From a virus (Duplodnaviria; Heunggongvirae; Uroviricota; Caudoviricetes): a stretch of DNA of 64,000 nucleotides. Position numbers and translations under genes: made by a program. The stretch lies in the IMG/VR virus record IMGVR_UViG_3300024268_000012. The stretch is one strand, 5' to 3'. Positions 63,763 through 64,000 of this stretch are shown here, one piece after another (the stretch's first letter is position 1; each line of letters begins with the position of its first letter). The notes under the pieces are model-generated. The model had not been told where the DNA came from and ran no database searches. It saw nothing but the letters and a program-made list of their open reading frames with translations.

Positions 63763-63967
63763 TGGTTTTCACCTCCTCCCACGAGATATGAAAACCAAAT
63801 ATAGATAATTGTACAACCTTGACCAAACATCATAGATTCGTGTACAAAATTTTCTAAGCGTTGTACATTTTTAGGAATTTTCTCTACTATTCCCAAGTCT
63901 TTAGATTTTTTCCTAAAAATTTTTACCAAAAATAACTAAGGGCTGTGCACGAACACAGCCCTCAAAC

Positions 63968-64000
63968 TTAAGCCTTCTTGTTCTCGTCGAGGACTGCCTG
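63968..64000 (-). CDS. C-terminal fragment of a gene entering from outside the window
   Basis: ...QAVLDENKKA-TAA followed by hairpin GGGCTGTG/CACAGCCC (63940-63961). Confidence 0.4.
   Translation of the reverse strand, partial: QAVLDENKKA

Overview
This window is part of a large tailed dsDNA phage genome. It is siphovirus-like, with a tail tube and a giant tape-measure protein but no sheath in the window. The host is probably a Bacillota/Clostridia bacterium, judging by sigma-A-type promoters, strong GGAGG SD sites and an AbrB/SpoVT-type regulator. (1) Positions 1-48.7 kb, minus strand, are one morphogenesis cluster: a sigma-r4/Zn-finger-like protein, putative TerS, TerL, a small nuclease, portal, prohead protease/scaffold, decoration protein, major capsid, neck proteins, tail tube, chaperone, a ~3,790-aa tape measure, tail-tip/baseplate proteins, tail-fibre-like proteins and a LamG+CotH-kinase-like protein running off the left edge. 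The fragmented ORF track is explained by stop-codon reassignment. Every interruption I checked is an in-frame TAG, fragments share one frame, and read-through as Gln gives continuous proteins ending in TAA/TGA (genetic code 15-like). High-copy virion genes avoid TAG, while low-copy genes are full of it, often in the first 4-20 codons. (2) Positions 50.4-61 kb, plus strand and visibly more GC-rich, are an array of about two dozen cassettes. Each has its own consensus TTGACA-17-TATAAT promoter plus a short gene or, in several cases, no ORF. The array includes three winged-helix paralogues, a family of co-varying GC hairpins, a structured small RNA candidate and an antisense-promoted tRNA-like RNA. 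(3) Positions 61-64 kb carry clustered CCGATCGG palindromes, a perfect 15-bp inverted repeat with a GCGAAGC loop, and paired TGTACA sites flanking a tandem-wHTH gene whose SD-linked start is followed by TAG at codon 4; this is a candidate origin/regulatory hub. All domain calls are from motif recognition by eye; no searches were run. No suppressor tRNA, release factor, lysis gene or integrase is visible in this window.
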